From: Eledone cirrhosa
Taxonomy: Eukaryota
Direction of reading: 5' to 3'
DNA: 64,000 bases
Assembly: GCA_964016885.1 (NCBI GenBank)
Contig: OZ024750.1
Coordinates: forward strand, 20,398,001-20,462,000
The position numbers were made by a program, and so were the translations under genes. The stretch's first letter is position 1, and each line of letters begins with the position of its first letter. The notes below the pieces were generated by a model. That model was not told where the DNA came from. It did no database searches and was given only the letters and a program-made list of their open reading frames with translations. Positions 26,669 through 41,581 of the stretch are shown here, in pieces.

Positions 26669-29600
26669 ATTATGAAATATATTTATATAATTTCATAATG
26701 CAAAACCTTGATTATTTTGTTGACATCATAGGCCATGTTGTATATATTACACGGTAATGAATGGGTTAAAGTGTTTACGTTTATCAAAGATTATCTATTA
26801 TCATTTTATGTAGACACATTATGAATCAAATACCATATTAATAACGAGAATACAAGGTATATATTTAAGTCAATCCGTATCCTTCATTTATTTTCAAAAT
26901 AATTTGAAATTAATACGCCGCCACGTATTTCTTTAGAAATATGGTAACAGAAAGGTTAAATCATTTATGTATATATCGAAATGGCGTTTCATTATCAATG
27001 AAAGGTCATCTTTAATGCAATGTTTAAAAGTCCATCTTAATAAGGAGAAAGTTGCATTAGTGCATCCCTCAAATTTCTTGATTTACATTATAATCATAGG
27101 AAATATATTTCCTTAGAAATATTGTTATGAAAAGGTTAAACTAACTAGGCCTTGCCTTAATGTATCTATTTCAAGGTCGCGAAGAGGTGAAATGGCTGTG
27201 TTTCCCAGTAATGAAATTAATCAAGAGAAATAATTATGAATATGTAATCATAAACTTCAAGGTTAATATGAATAAACGAAGAAAAATATATGATGTCTAG
27301 CAGATTTAAATGATTGATTAGTCTTCTATAAACTTTCAACTCTATTTTCTCTTGTTATTCCTGAGAGCAAAGACGCCCGTCATATTAAACCATATAATGA
27401 TGCGTATTTAGTCCATAAGAAAAACAGGTTAATCACTCACAGTGAACTTTTACATCGAATCTTTAATAACTAGAAACATAAATGGAATTAGTTGATAGTC
27501 TAGATGATATTATATTGGTGTCACTGGTACTAGTGCTTTTGTGGTAGTGGTCGTCACAGACAAAGCTATTACTGAATCAAAGCTACCAATCTGCAGGATA
27601 AGCCTAAATCCTCGCGTGTCTTCCATACGCCCTGGAAATATCGTTCCTATTATATATGTGTTGAAAAAGGGCAGATAATGGAAGGAATCCTTCCTATTAG
27701 ATGACAATTTCGCTCTGCTACCGTTCATATAGTTTGTAACATCTATTAGAGACTATATTGTTCAATAGTCTCTTCTAAGTTTAGACAATTAATATGAATA
27801 ATCTTAGCTAGATGATACAAGAAGATGAAAACATGGCTGTAAATTCCAGCAATAGTTTTGAATGACAACCGAATGACCCACCAGTCAGCTTGGATAATAG
27901 CCGGATCAATCATCATTTAGCTGATACGTGCAGCCTCCTAACTCCATGCTCTTTGTTTTAGATATAAATACATTCCTTCTCAGGGATTGCGAAGTGCACA
28001 TGGGCATTGGATAAAGCTGTGCGGTTTAGTGGTTAGTGTAATAGGAGTGTCATGTGAATTCTAACCATAGCATAGCTCATGTGTTGTGTTGCTGTGTGAA
28101 ACATTAAAATACAGGTTACTATAATCAAGTCATCATGGATATCAACGACAGCTAGCACTAAACATTGCAATTGTCTGGCGTCCAAGTAAAAGCTACATAG
28201 AAATAATAGAGCCACGCCTATGCTTCAGCACCTATGGTTCATGTTGTTACGATATCAAATCATATGAATATAGCACTCCCTGATGCAACAAAATCGTTAT
28301 TTTAGATTTTCCGTAAAACAAGTTGGCGTGATGAAAAAGCTAGCTTAATATTTATGTTTATGAACGCACAAAGTTATAAAGAAATTATGAGATACTGACA
28401 CAAGTTGGTGGGACAAAACAGAAGAGGAAAACCATATGAAAAGCGGTGGTAGGTCGATGAGCATCGTTAATGTAGATGATAAAAAAATAGAGCCATAATT
28501 CTGGAAATATCGTTGGAGACGGATCATTCATAGACAGAGACACTGTTGAGCATTGAAAAGCAAAAGAATTTTGAATTATATATCATGTTTAAATATACAT
28601 GTATCTACGACACACAATCTAACATGAAGCTTTGCCCGTAAGTCAAGTTAAGTATTTTCCTGTAATCTAATTGTTCGACAAGACATCACTACATCTGTAT
28701 TAATTTTTAATGTCGGCAATATAGAGACAGAGGAGTATAATTATGTTTTAAATTTGTATACGATATGGTGACAGATATAATATTTGTGTGTACGTTAAAG
28801 CCTTTTGTAATACGTCTTATATATTATACTCCAGTGAAAAATATATACCAAATAAAATATATACCAAATTGTACATGACAATTTTGACAATGAAGGTACA
28901 AGCAACATTCTTCTCAATGCTATAATTTCATCAGCATCGCATATGTGTGAAGATATATAGAAACATACATTGTGATAAGTACGTTTTCGCGCATGTGTGT
29001 GCATATGCGTGCGTGTGTGTGTGTGTGGGGGGGGGGGGGGTGATTCGTCACTTCGTCAACACGATGCATAATAGTCATTCAACTGCTGTTGTAAATCGTA
29101 ACCTAGGAAGGAACCAAAATATAACGATACAAACAAAGCCATATATAAATATAGCAATAAATAGATATATAGTATCATATAATTTAGTGTTAAAATTGTA
29201 AACAGATGTTTTTTTAAGAAATCGAAAGCAGAAAACAATGCTAAGATTTCATATTATTTCCACACGTTTAATGTCAAACAGTAGCATTGAGAAGATAATG
29301 CACAGCATAAGTATGGGATGAAGAAGGCATGGGAGGAATTGGAGAATTGCAAACAGGAGATTTCATAGGAAAAATGCAGGAATTAAGAAGAGATTAAAGA
29401 AATGTGGGATTTAAACGAAAATAGATTTAAAATACAGAAGTGTGTAAAAATAATAATATTAATAATAATGTTGATGACGATGATGATAATAATAATGACA
29501 AATATGACAATATTAATAGAGACATAAAATGACAGTAGGAAAAACGTGCGAAACATGTGGGAAGAGATGTGAAAGTAGGAGTGAAGCAGATGAAGAAAAG

Positions 29601-32600
29601 GATGTGATATGAACGGCTGTCGTTGGTCGAAGAGCAGTGAAAACAGTTAAGTGAACGCTTAGGATTTACAAGGAATTTCAAGTATTCCCTTTCAAAGAAG
29701 CAAAAGAAATTACTGTAACAGCCATACGAATAAAAGATCTCCCACACAATCAGATATCTGAAAACTTTTTCTGAATGAATTCTGTGTTTGGAAAATATTT
29801 TTAGCTTTAATAAGAGATGCCTTTAGAACACAGGCCATTGGAAAAGTTTAAAGCCATTATGATTCCCAAGTTTTGTTATGGATATATCCTCCTTAATTTT
29901 CAGAAAATATCCTGTTTAAGTATATCAATATTGTAGTATATTTATCTACAGAACAAATTCTACTGGACGTACGTTCTCCATTATTGCCAACTAGAGTGCT
30001 GTGTCGTGCCTAGACTACAGTGCAAAACTACTAAAACATAAATGATCGATGTCATATGAACAAAATTTAAATAAATATTTTACCGCAATATATAAATCGG
30101 TGGGGGGGGGGGGTGTTTAGTTTCATGAGCTCCCACACGATATAGGGGTATGATGATTTACTATTTAGTGAAATATGCAAATTTAGTAATTTTCTACGCA
30201 AGGTTGGAGCAACGCATTCCAATTCCTAGACCCGGCAACTTAACAACTATAAGTTGAAAATGTTTAATTTAGGAGAATGGGGTGCGAAACTGGTAGAGCT
30301 GACATACATATTTAATCTAATCTAGAGTGCTACATACCAAGACATCAGCACTGACCAGAGTGTCATCCTTTTTTTTTAGCAGACTTAATATGAAAGACGT
30401 ACATCTGTGCCCGTCATTGTTTTATTCATGCATTGTGTATCGACACACTTTACACTTTGCTGTTTTGGATGGAATGACAGAGACGGGCGCTTCATTTCAA
30501 CGAAGACCTTACCACACTAAATGTATTGGCACTGTCTCTGTTTGTGTTCTTATATGACCAGACATTTTGATGCATTATTGTAAAGTTCAATGCAGTATAG
30601 GATCTCTATTCATTTCAGAATCGGTTAACGTCCTCAACGAAGAAATTTCACAAACATCGAAGATGTTAAGTGGGAAGCTGTCCATCCTACGACACAAAAC
30701 GATTTCAATAATATATAATGATGTCGGATTATGTCAATCAAATGTTCGAGCAATTGGCTTACGTAGCTGATAAATTAACATGTCAGTGACTTAGAATCTC
30801 ACAGAAACCTAGGATATTAACGTGACTCTCTCACCAGATCAAACATAAATCAATATCTAGTAAATCTCGCCCTTCCTGCCTAGGATATAATCGGAATCCT
30901 TGCAATCAACTATTACAGTTTCTAGAAAAACAGTTTCGCTCAAATGGTTTAGTTTGACCATTGCTATATATTACGAGCTTAAGTTAGAGAACCGTGGTTT
31001 CATATATGAAGAAGAACCACCTAAATTCTTAAATATTTTGCAAATGTGCTTGCATTTTAAATAAATATGTTAACATTACAAATGTTACTGTGTATCAATA
31101 GTATGTATTTCTGATAATTATAATTGTATGTCGTTATTCAAATTAAGGTATTGGTATGACTATATGAATTATTTTTAATTTTAACGATTCTTTGTCATGT
31201 ATATTTCCTTCCTATTATGTGGCACTGGACAATCTCATATTTATTGCTAATATATCCAGATATATATGAAGAAAACATAATTTTATTATGCATGGCATGG
31301 CAAAACATATAGATGAAAACAGTGAGTAATAACATACACGTAGATCTGTTGGATATATATGTAAAACAACAAATGTATCTTAAAATTAATTAATTTAGTG
31401 AGTGAATAGCGGTGAGACTAGGCAAAATCGAATTCTCTGGTTCGTTATAATTAATCTATATTTCCCCCCGGCTATATATGTGCCTTTAATAGTACATTGA
31501 ACACTATTTCTGTAACATTAGCTCTGATTCTACGTATTATGCACTTCTGTTTTTGTTATTTACTTAACCAACTGGATTGAGATCTTCGGCGCAATTTTTC
31601 AATATGTTTGAATCTGAACGCCAATAGTGTGTGATCATCTAAAGATGGAATTCTACTGTATTTTTCTGAAGAAGGTCGCATGATTGTACCGCAGCGGGAA
31701 TCAGATACCATTATGATTAGCTTTTCGGACTAATTCCCTCGCTTGAATTAGGACTGATCCTGTCGGTCCTGGATACGTGGAATTTGTGGAGTCCCTTTTC
31801 AGAAATACCATATCGTTTCATTGTGCAATGTTTCTTTATGTATTAACTGCGCATAAAGCGCGGTGATGTAACTGTACAGTTCAGAGCATCATATGTGTTC
31901 CTCAACTAATCTATTTATTCACAATGTAACGTATTGTGCCCACCCTGATCTCCAGATTAGTATTAACAACACACGATTTTTGTAAATTCATTGAGTGAGC
32001 GGATAGCATTGAAGCCAGACCAAATATACTTAGTCTGGCTGATTACAATTAATGTATAGTGCCAAATTAAGGAGAGTGAGACTGAATTAGTGGCTGGAGC
32101 ATTGGTGCTGTAAAGTAAAGTCCTGAGTTCGATTCAAGGCGGTGCTTTGTGTCCATCATCAAGACATTTTAATTCACGTTACCTCAAACATTCAATTGAA
32201 GAATCAAAGAAAAGCCTGTTTTGGGAATCCAATTGGCAAAGAATATGACATACGTTAAATCATCCTGAGAACGACGTTAAGGATCCATATTCACGTGGAA
32301 TATTTGTCGACTTGCACATCAAATTCCACAATAACTCTTGTCCGGAGAACTGGAACACTGGTCAGTAAACTAACGAACACATGCAGCATATGCAAATTCT
32401 TAGTTATGTACATTGGTGACACATGGTGATTATTGGATTTTTGAAACATGCTTTGTAACCTTATGCATTTCTGAACGAATAAGAGTAAAAAAAACACCTT
32501 TATTTTTCTTTCAGTCCGTACATTTTAAATAATTTTATAGGTTTTCTTCATTGGTACCATGATGTCTGAAAATGTCGTCTGTCATTTATTCAGAGATACT

Positions 32601-33114
32601 CATATACGTACATGATAAACCTTGCCCCACCTCGATTATATGTTTATATATATATAAATACATAGTATGTATGTATATTTAAGAATTATGTACATATAAC
32701 TGTCATCCATATTAAATATGTTGCAAGAAAATATATTTAATATAATTCCTACTATAAAATAATAAAAACGTTTAAGATATATAAAGTGTTTTATTACTAT
32801 ATTTTTCTATTTCATATAATCGTTACGAGGTTGTGTGCAACGGTTATAATGTCAATATTATATTTATATTGGATATAATAGCTATATTTCATTGCATTTA
32901 AACCTTAAATGCATCTGAACAATTTAAAATAAATGAATATATAACTAAATGTATTTTGTAAACCAACAAAACGCAGTGCAAGAGGCACAATAACAATTTT
33001 GAAAATGTAGACAAAAATATTTTAATAAAAGATTTAAAATCTATAATTTATTCAAAGTATCTTTATAGTCTCATATATTAACATTTATCAGTTATCTGTT
33101 GCAAAAGAATTAGT

Positions 33115-33841
<727 letters not shown>

Positions 33842-34192
33842 AATTGTTCAATTGGAGAAAGATGGTTGATTGAAAATCTGGAGAATTTTTATTAACTGAA
33901 GTGAAGCACTCTACGGTTTTTGTTTAAAATGAAAGAGGGTTACATTAGTACATCCCTATTTATTTTGCTATACATATTTCAAAGAGGTAAATCAGTGCTC
34001 ACAACAACTACGATATGATTTCTCCACAGAGAAAAATCAAGACGAGATGTAAATAACCATTGATATCTTACCGGTCAAACGTGTTACTCCCTTCGCTGAC
34101 CAGTACATATATGATTGTTGTGCAACAGCTTTACATCATTGACAAGATGTACACGTGAAACTGTCTTTCTTGTTTATTATATATATATATAT

Positions 34193-34225
<33 letters not shown>

Positions 34226-34301
34226 GAGATAGATAGATAGCTACCCTAATAGACATATATATATATATATTTATATGTATATTTATATGTATATTTATAT
34301 G

Positions 34302-34337
<36 letters not shown>

Positions 34338-34397
34338 ACGGATGAAGTGTGGTAAGGAACCAGGTGGACCATAACGCACCAAAGTACTTAATACTTT

Positions 34398-34452
<55 letters not shown>

Positions 34453-34588
34453 TAAAGTAACAGATTAAAGTTTAAGCAAAGAATCGCTGCTTTCACCCTT
34501 TGGATTTTAGTCTTCAAATGTATATATATATATTTATATACATAATTATATATATATATATGAATAAAGTGGTCCTTCATCAGTGATC

Positions 34589-34945
34589 ATTTCCTTTCTT
34601 CTGTCCTACACCATGGCGTAGGACAGAAGAAAGGAAAGGCACAGAAACAAAGAAAGGAATCCCCAGTCACTGAAGAGGTCACAGAGTGTGTGACGAAAGG
34701 ACTATGACTATATATAAACAACTATCTGGTTGTGGAACCAACCAACCAACCAGAAATTTATAAGTTTGTAGATTTGTAAATTTATAAATTTATAAATTTA
34801 TAAATATATAATAAATTGAAGTGAAAGCAACTGGTGCGTGTGTTTCTTATTGGCAACATGACCCTCCCAAAGTATAACAATATCGGTTTCAACACACGAT
34901 TTCAGATAAAGAATCTTGCTAAACAAATTCAGAAACGAAATATAT
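34589..34945 (+). mobile_element. PLE family P1 pseudo-LTR with short 5' fold-back
   Basis: TTTCCTTTCTTCTGTCCTACACCATGGCGTAGGACAGAAGAAAGGAAA palindrome then P1 UTR to (TA)n. Confidence 0.85.
34665..34709 (+). ncRNA. minimal type I hammerhead, family P1 (best-preserved copy)
   Basis: AGUCA CUGAAGA G GUCACA-GAGUG-UGUGAC GAAA GGAC UA UGACU: perfect stems I and II, CUA site. Confidence 0.75.
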
Positions 34946-35609
34946 ATATATATATATATACTCAAAAGCACATACATCATGAATGCTTGGATTCATTAGC
35001 GTATATGTGCATTTACCGTTAGGATTTCGTGAAGATATTTTGAAGTTTACCATGTAGATTATTTCCACTTTACTTAAATTTATAATATATAATTGAATAA
35101 TATATATAGTTAATATTTGTAATTCAAATCGAGTTCACATGTTTTTCTATAAAATTAAATTATCGAAGCCACCGGCATCTTTAATTTTAATAATTTCACT
35201 TAAATTATGATGGCACTAAAATTTATATAGCCTGCCTGTAGTGTGGGCTTTCTCATCAAAACACACGTAATTGAATATATATATATATATATATTGTTTG
35301 TGTGTTCCAGCGTATTATATACACATATATGTTGTAAAACATGTATGTAACAATATCATTTTAATACACGGGTTTCATGTTTAGCTAATATAGTTACAAG
35401 TGTTGGAATAAATTATGCCCAACTGCTAACCTATATCCAACTGCTAACCTATATCCTAGCTGTGGATACCGTTTCGAGTTTCCATCATTATTTGACGTAT
35501 TTTCACCGTCTAAGGAGAGAAACGTTTAAAAATAAAAATAAAACGGTAATTTGCACGTGTGTGTATATAGTTACAAGCAAACGCACAAACACATTAATAT
35601 ATTTATATG

Positions 35610-35669
<60 letters not shown>

Positions 35670-35693
35670 TATATATATAATATATATATATAT

Positions 35694-35890
35694 AGTTTTA
35701 ATATAGATGAGATTCTACAGGACTAGAACTCTTTCATTCTTTAGAAATCATCAGGGATTCCTGTTGATTTCTAAAGAATGAAACAGTTCTAGTCCTGTAA
35801 AATCTCATCTATATTAACACTGTTATACTCTGCAATGTATTGAGTACCTTACTTACTGTGGTTACCTCCAACTCAACCCGGAATAACGTA
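35694..35890 (+). mobile_element. PLE terminal fragment, family D, palindromic (two decayed hammerheads)
   Basis: Same sequence as 41463-41670 and 54631-54810; arms mirror around about 35755. Confidence 0.8.
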
Positions 35891-35911
35891 TATATATATA
35901 TATATATATAC

Positions 35912-36049
35912 ATATACAGAATTAGACGTCGAGACGGCTTGAGCTCTGCCATCGGGGTCATACATTTTCCTATATATATATATTATAGATGTATATATAT
36001 AGGAAAATGTATGACCCCGATGGCAGAGCTCAAGCCGTCTCGACGTCTA

Positions 36050-36099
<50 letters not shown>

Positions 36100-36225
36100 C
36101 AGAATTAGACGTCGAAACGGCTTGAGCTCTGCCATCGGGGTCATACATTTTCCTATATATATATATTATAGATGTATTACCCCGATGGCAAGTCTCAAAC
36201 CGTTTCGACGGCTAATTATGTATAA
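35912..36225. repeat. four alternating-orientation family C units separated by TA-rich spacers
   Basis: CAGAATTAGACGTCGA(A/G)ACGGCTTGAGCTCTGCCATCGGGGTCATACATTTTCC in +,-,+,- order. Confidence 0.9.
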
Positions 36226-36235
36226 ATATATATAT

Positions 36236-36420
36236 GTAACAAAGAAAGTATTGTAAGTATCCAGGTGGACCATAACGAACCAGGTTACTAGATATTTAGG
36301 ATAGTAGAGTGGGTAATAGGAACAACCAAGTCAGAGCCCGACTAGTGAGCTTCAGCTGTTTTGACAGCTAGATTCGAAGCCTGTCGAAACAGCCGGAGCT
36401 CAACCGTTTGGATCCTGATG
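36236..36420 (-). mobile_element. older diverged family C-related fragment with palindrome
   Basis: GGACCATAACGAACCA..GTAGAGTGGGTAAT tail plus GAGCTTCAGCTGTTTTGACAG..CTGTCGAAACAGCCGGAGCTC. Confidence 0.65.
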
Positions 36421-36853
36421 TTTTTCATATATATGTGTGTGTGCCTGTGTGTGAGTGTATGTGTATTAATTCGTGTATGTGTTGTTTTATTGTGTAGAAA
36501 TGTAGATAGATAATGGCGGGGGAACGAGCAAAGGAACTTAATATCGATTTTGCCTAAAGAACTTAATATCGATTTTGCCTGAAGAAATCAGGAAGGTGAG
36601 ATGAAACATTTATCTTACCGCCTAGTTTTAGCGAATGGAAATATTTATTTCATCTCTAGAATCTAATCTTGGGGATTTTGAAATCATGCGATATGAGATG
36701 TCAATGGTCTCTCATATATGAATATGAGTGTTAGATATTTAAATTTACAAAAATAACACTATGACTTGAATTACAGTTAAATTGAGACGACTTCTTGACA
36801 TTTTCAAAGAAACATAAAATGTAGAATTTTCTTTTAAAAGTAAAATTATGCAC

Positions 36854-36914
<61 letters not shown>

Positions 36915-36919
36915 TATAC

Positions 36920-36998
<79 letters not shown>

Positions 36999-37964
36999 GC
37001 GGTACAAAACGAGTTCTATTTCGAAATTATATATTTGAGTGGTTAATATTAGATTAGATTAATAAAATGGTAATATTAATAAAAAAAAAAAGATGACATT
37101 ATATGAATCTAGGATACGATTGAATGAACATTTATAGGTTAAATTTAGTTAAGCGTAAAGAACAAATAAGTGAATACCAAGCAATTTTATAAAGCATCTA
37201 AAATCTCTGTTGTTGAAAATGTTTCATACCGTGTACTGACAATAGTGACAGTGGTTGGTAGATTCTTGGATATATATTACAAGTACAGTCTTGGTAGTCT
37301 CTTAAAGATTACATTCAATTTATACTGGTATACAATGTGGAATAATTAGAGATATAGAGTTTCTGGGTAGTCTCCACAAGAACATAGCCGTGATTCTATG
37401 AGACCACTTCGTGGTAAAGTATTATTCAAATAAATATAGCCTGTCAAAAGCCAACATAGCATTCACTAATTAAAGTTATTCAGTGCCTGAGGCATTTTAA
37501 ACGTTGACGGATAGGACTTACCAATCTTAAGCTTTTCACTAGATTCTTAACAAAATGTTACTACTTTTGACAAATTAATATATATTTTTTTAATGATTTC
37601 ACTTGTGATAGATTTGGAATCTATTGTATATGTTATTTTCGTCTGTGCTCCTTCATTTGCTATAAATCTGATTCCGTAGTTCCCTTTATATAGGTAAGAG
37701 TCTGGTATTGAAATTATCAACATCTGTACATTACTTTCTGATAGATGTCTATCTATAGCAGAACATTCACAATAATCCTAACCAAAACTCTTTCTCTTGA
37801 TAGAGGTATTTCCAGTTTCGACTTATGTTGCCTCAAATGCTATAGCTTCAATGTAAAACATGTAATTATACACACACGAACATTACACACACATACACAC
37901 ACACATACACAAACACACACTCACACACACACACACACACATACACATACTCACACACACACAG

Positions 37965-38027
<63 letters not shown>

Positions 38028-38030
<3 letters not shown>

Positions 38031-38350
38031 ATAATAATAAATTTGAAGACTAAATTCCAAATAGGGTTCCATAAGGATAAATATATATCAAATATGTAAG
38101 AACCGTAGAGCAAATATTTATTAAAATAACATATTAAAGTTTAAGCAAAGAATCGCTGCTTTCACCCTTATCGGGATCTTCTGAAACTAACAAAGTCAAT
38201 CAGTGAACGCAGAAGTGAATATTTCAAAAAACGTTGCAACCGGAGGAAGACAGGAAGACGATACTTTTGTTCGTGGAAACGTTCCCTGGCAAAGAACGGG
38301 AAAAAACGAATCTAATACGTCATTACTTGGAGCGGTGAAAAACAATTACT
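38028..38350 (-). mobile_element. PLE pseudo-LTR family E (hammerhead motif 38138-38188)
   Basis: Collinear with 54113-54345; (TA)n on both sides; AATAAA downstream of the ribozyme on the minus strand. Confidence 0.85.
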
Positions 38351-38361
38351 CATATATATAG

Positions 38362-38443
<82 letters not shown>

Positions 38444-38740
38444 GAGTTGGCACTCCATCGGTTACGACGACGAGTATTTCTGTTGATACTATCAACGGAA
38501 CATCCTGCTCATTAAATTAACGTGCTGCGTACATTTAACAGAGTTCTGTGGGAGATTCAATCTCACACAGAATTTGACAAGGCAAGCCCTTTGAATTACA
38601 GGTACAACCCGTCTTTACCAGCTGTATGAACTGGAAAAACATGAAATAAAGTGTATTTCTCAATGATGCAGTGCGCTGCAGAAAATCGAACTTACCGCAT
38701 TACGACCATGAACCGAATACCCTCACCACAAATCACACAC
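38444..38740 (-). mobile_element. near full-length tRNA-derived SINE family B
   Basis: Minus strand tRNA-like head (GTTCGATT), body GAATCTCCC..GAACT..GTTAA, tail CTCGTCGTCGTAACCGATGGAGTGCCAAC; relatives near 22700, 44120 and 55830. Confidence 0.75.
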
Positions 38741-38879
38741 TTTTTTTAAAAATATATGTATATATATATTTAACTTATGTTTATTGCTCTGGTATCGTCG
38801 TATCCATTGAGCGCTTGCCAACACAAATCGGAAGTTGTGTTTCGCTAATTTCTACCCGCCGAAATGCGATTCTTACAAA

Positions 38880-38935
<56 letters not shown>

Positions 38936-38992
38936 ATGTGTATGTATATAAACTTCAATATGTTATTTTAATAAATATATATACATATATAT

Positions 38993-39125
38993 ATTTATTA
39001 AAATAACAGTTTAAAGTTTAAGCAAAGTATCGCTGCTTTCACCCATAACGGGATCTTCTGAAACTCTTATTTATACTTATCGAGACCTCTTTGGATTTTA
39101 GTCTTCACATTTATTATTATTACTA
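38993..39125. mobile_element. PLE family E fragments (hammerhead motif 39015-39065, minus) joined to inverted 3' end
   Basis: AGTTTAAGCAAAG..GCTTTCACCCATAACGGGATCTTCTGAAACT then TTATCGAGACCTCTTTGGATTTTAGTCTTCA. Confidence 0.8.
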
Positions 39126-39299
39126 TATATCTATATATATATGAGAGTATTGAACTTTGCTTGAAACATTGTGGAATAATAAAAAAAATTGGTCGTTTTG
39201 GAGATGAACTGTACGTGGCCTCTGATGTGTAAAACTAACGGCGGACAACAGAGGCCAGGTACCGCTCCTCTCCGACTAAAATCGTTCCCATTCGGAAAA

Positions 39300-39460
39300 A
39301 ACCCCAGTTCCATTTTACCCCACCCAGTTGTGATAACATTTTCCACCCAGCTGCGCATGTCAATCCTGTTCATTAAAACAGCGAAGAAGAGAGGTGAGAG
39401 TACGCACCTTTGGCTGAGACCGATTTCAACTTTGAATTATTTCGATGTAGCACCAAGTAT
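39300..39460 (-). mobile_element. decayed non-LTR (RTE-like) reverse transcriptase fragment
   Basis: Minus frame GATSK*FKVEIGLSQRCVLSPLLFAVLMNRI matches the RT motif F.V..G.RQGCVLSPLLF. Confidence 0.75.
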
Positions 39461-41479
39461 CTCAACAGAAAGGAAATAGTTCATGTGTATAATTATCTTT
39501 AAACTAGATATATAACTGTATCTTATCTCACCAATCGTGTGACAGGGTATATATATTCCTTTCGTAATAAATTTCGCCATGTGAGAATACCACATTTGAA
39601 TATACTTCGCAGTAGCAACATTGACATTTCTTTCACCAAGTTAAGTGGCAGTTAATTTATACGAAAGATGACAATCATAACTAACTATAAATAACCTTAA
39701 CATTGCAATGACAATGCCAGAGTTATGATTCATCTAATTGCATTCCTATATTACTCTCCTGAGCTTCAACTAAAATGTTCATTCATTACGTCCAAATTCA
39801 GATACCATGGCAGAGGCCAATTAATGCTCCTCCTTTAATATCTGCCACTTCAAATCTATTTTACATTATCTAATGTCCTTTCACTAGAATCTTACACCTG
39901 AACAAGTTAATCTAAAATAGACTCATAATTAATAATTCTTTAAAATAACACTTTGTATGGACCTGCATAAACTTGAAAATTCTAAAATACGTCTATCCAC
40001 TCCTAATTGCCAATGCTGACTTTCAAATATAAATAAAGATTTCAAATTTCAAGAAATTGTGCTGCGATATTACACGGTATAATGCATATGGGGTTTTAAA
40101 AAGATTATGACAACAGGAAATACACTAACAATCAGAACCAAGTTCATTATGTACTGCTTAGCCATCCGTAACTAAATATATGTTTGACAGATTTCACCGT
40201 ATATATCTGTAACATACTAATGAAATAAGCTACACGTGGTTCTATTTATTATTCTGTATTATGCCATTAATAGTAGGATGTATACAGTAATTTCCAGATG
40301 TTGATTTCAAAATCATTAGGTACCGGGCTCGGTCCAACTCCATAAAACATTGAGCAAATATAATTTAAAATTATTTTGACCCATGCCTTGTGAATAAAAC
40401 TGGTTCGGGGGAATCTTTTTGAAAGCCCATAGCATGTGATTTATATATAATATGAAGGGCTGGCCTTGTAGCATAGAGTTTCTCGCTGAGATAATCTGAG
40501 AACTATGTTGCGTAATCATGTGTCCAGTGGAAGTTAATTGTATAACTACACATTTATGTTGATCGAACTTGATCACTCATCATTGAAAGCGATGGAGATA
40601 TATACATGTATCAGATTAAAAGATGAGTAAAATCACGGCAGATAATGTAAATACTATTGTACATCCATAGATAACATTAAATAAACAAAATGAATCTAAA
40701 GTGGTGTTTTATTTTTGCAATGTCTAACAATGCCATCGATCAAAAATATTTATGTGATAATTTCGATTTTCTCGGGAATATAATTTAAAATATTTTCTAA
40801 ATGATAATAAGATCGCAAATCTAAGTCCATACAAGTGATCTTGATAATTCCCTATTGGCATCATTATGATATGATGTTTTGTCCTGTTATTTTTCATAAA
40901 TCACATCTTGCGCAGAGCGCCAAATAAATTTCAAATTACGACGTCAATTTGTGTTAATTTTAGTTTTCAGAATCTCTTCGCATATATTTCATGAACACAA
41001 GTAAAATAAGCCATAAAAAAAAGCTGACAGAATTCTCAAGGAAATATATTTTAAAACATCAATTATTTGTAGATAATTTGCTAATATTTGCATACACCAT
41101 TCACGTGCACACAATGTCAACCTAATCTCTCAATTGATGATGCTAAACTGAATATAATTAATAACGTTTATTTATGAAGCGATACATTGTAACCTACACA
41201 AACTCAGCCTCATATGTCCGAAGAATACCTCGCTTGCTCCTACATTGGTATTTCATGTCTTCTTTTAACTGAAGTTCGAACGTATGTATTAACATATAAC
41301 TGGTTAAGATTTCAACAGATAGAATATATATATATACATATATATATATAGTAATAATAATAAATTTGAAGAGTAAAATCCAAAGAGGGCTCGATAAGGA
41401 TAAATATATATCAAATATATAAGAACCGGAGAGCAAATTAATAAATATATATATATATATAAAGTTTTAATATAGATGA

Positions 41480-41528
41480 GATTCTACAGGACTAGAACTG
41501 TTTCATTCTTTAGAAATCATCAGGAATC
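41480..41528 (-). ncRNA. type I hammerhead ribozyme motif, family D
   Basis: Reverse complement GAUUC CUGAUGA U UUC-UAAA-GAA U GAAA CAG-UUCUAGUC-CUG UA GAAUC. Confidence 0.78.
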
Positions 41529-41532
41529 AGCA

Positions 41533-41581
41533 GATTCCTGATGATTTCTAAAGAATGAAACAGTTCTAGTCCTGTAGAATT
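41533..41581 (+). ncRNA. type I hammerhead ribozyme motif, family D
   Basis: GAUUC CUGAUGA U UUC-UAAA-GAA U GAAA CAG-UUCUAGUC-CUG UA GAAUU. Confidence 0.78.

Noticed and set aside
29280-29780. Purine-rich island, possible decayed CR1/L2 end
   Set aside because: Only vague similarity; cannot support without a search
36531-36586. 25-bp tandem duplication (also an 18-bp one at about 35419)
   Set aside because: Ordinary slippage duplications with no further structure
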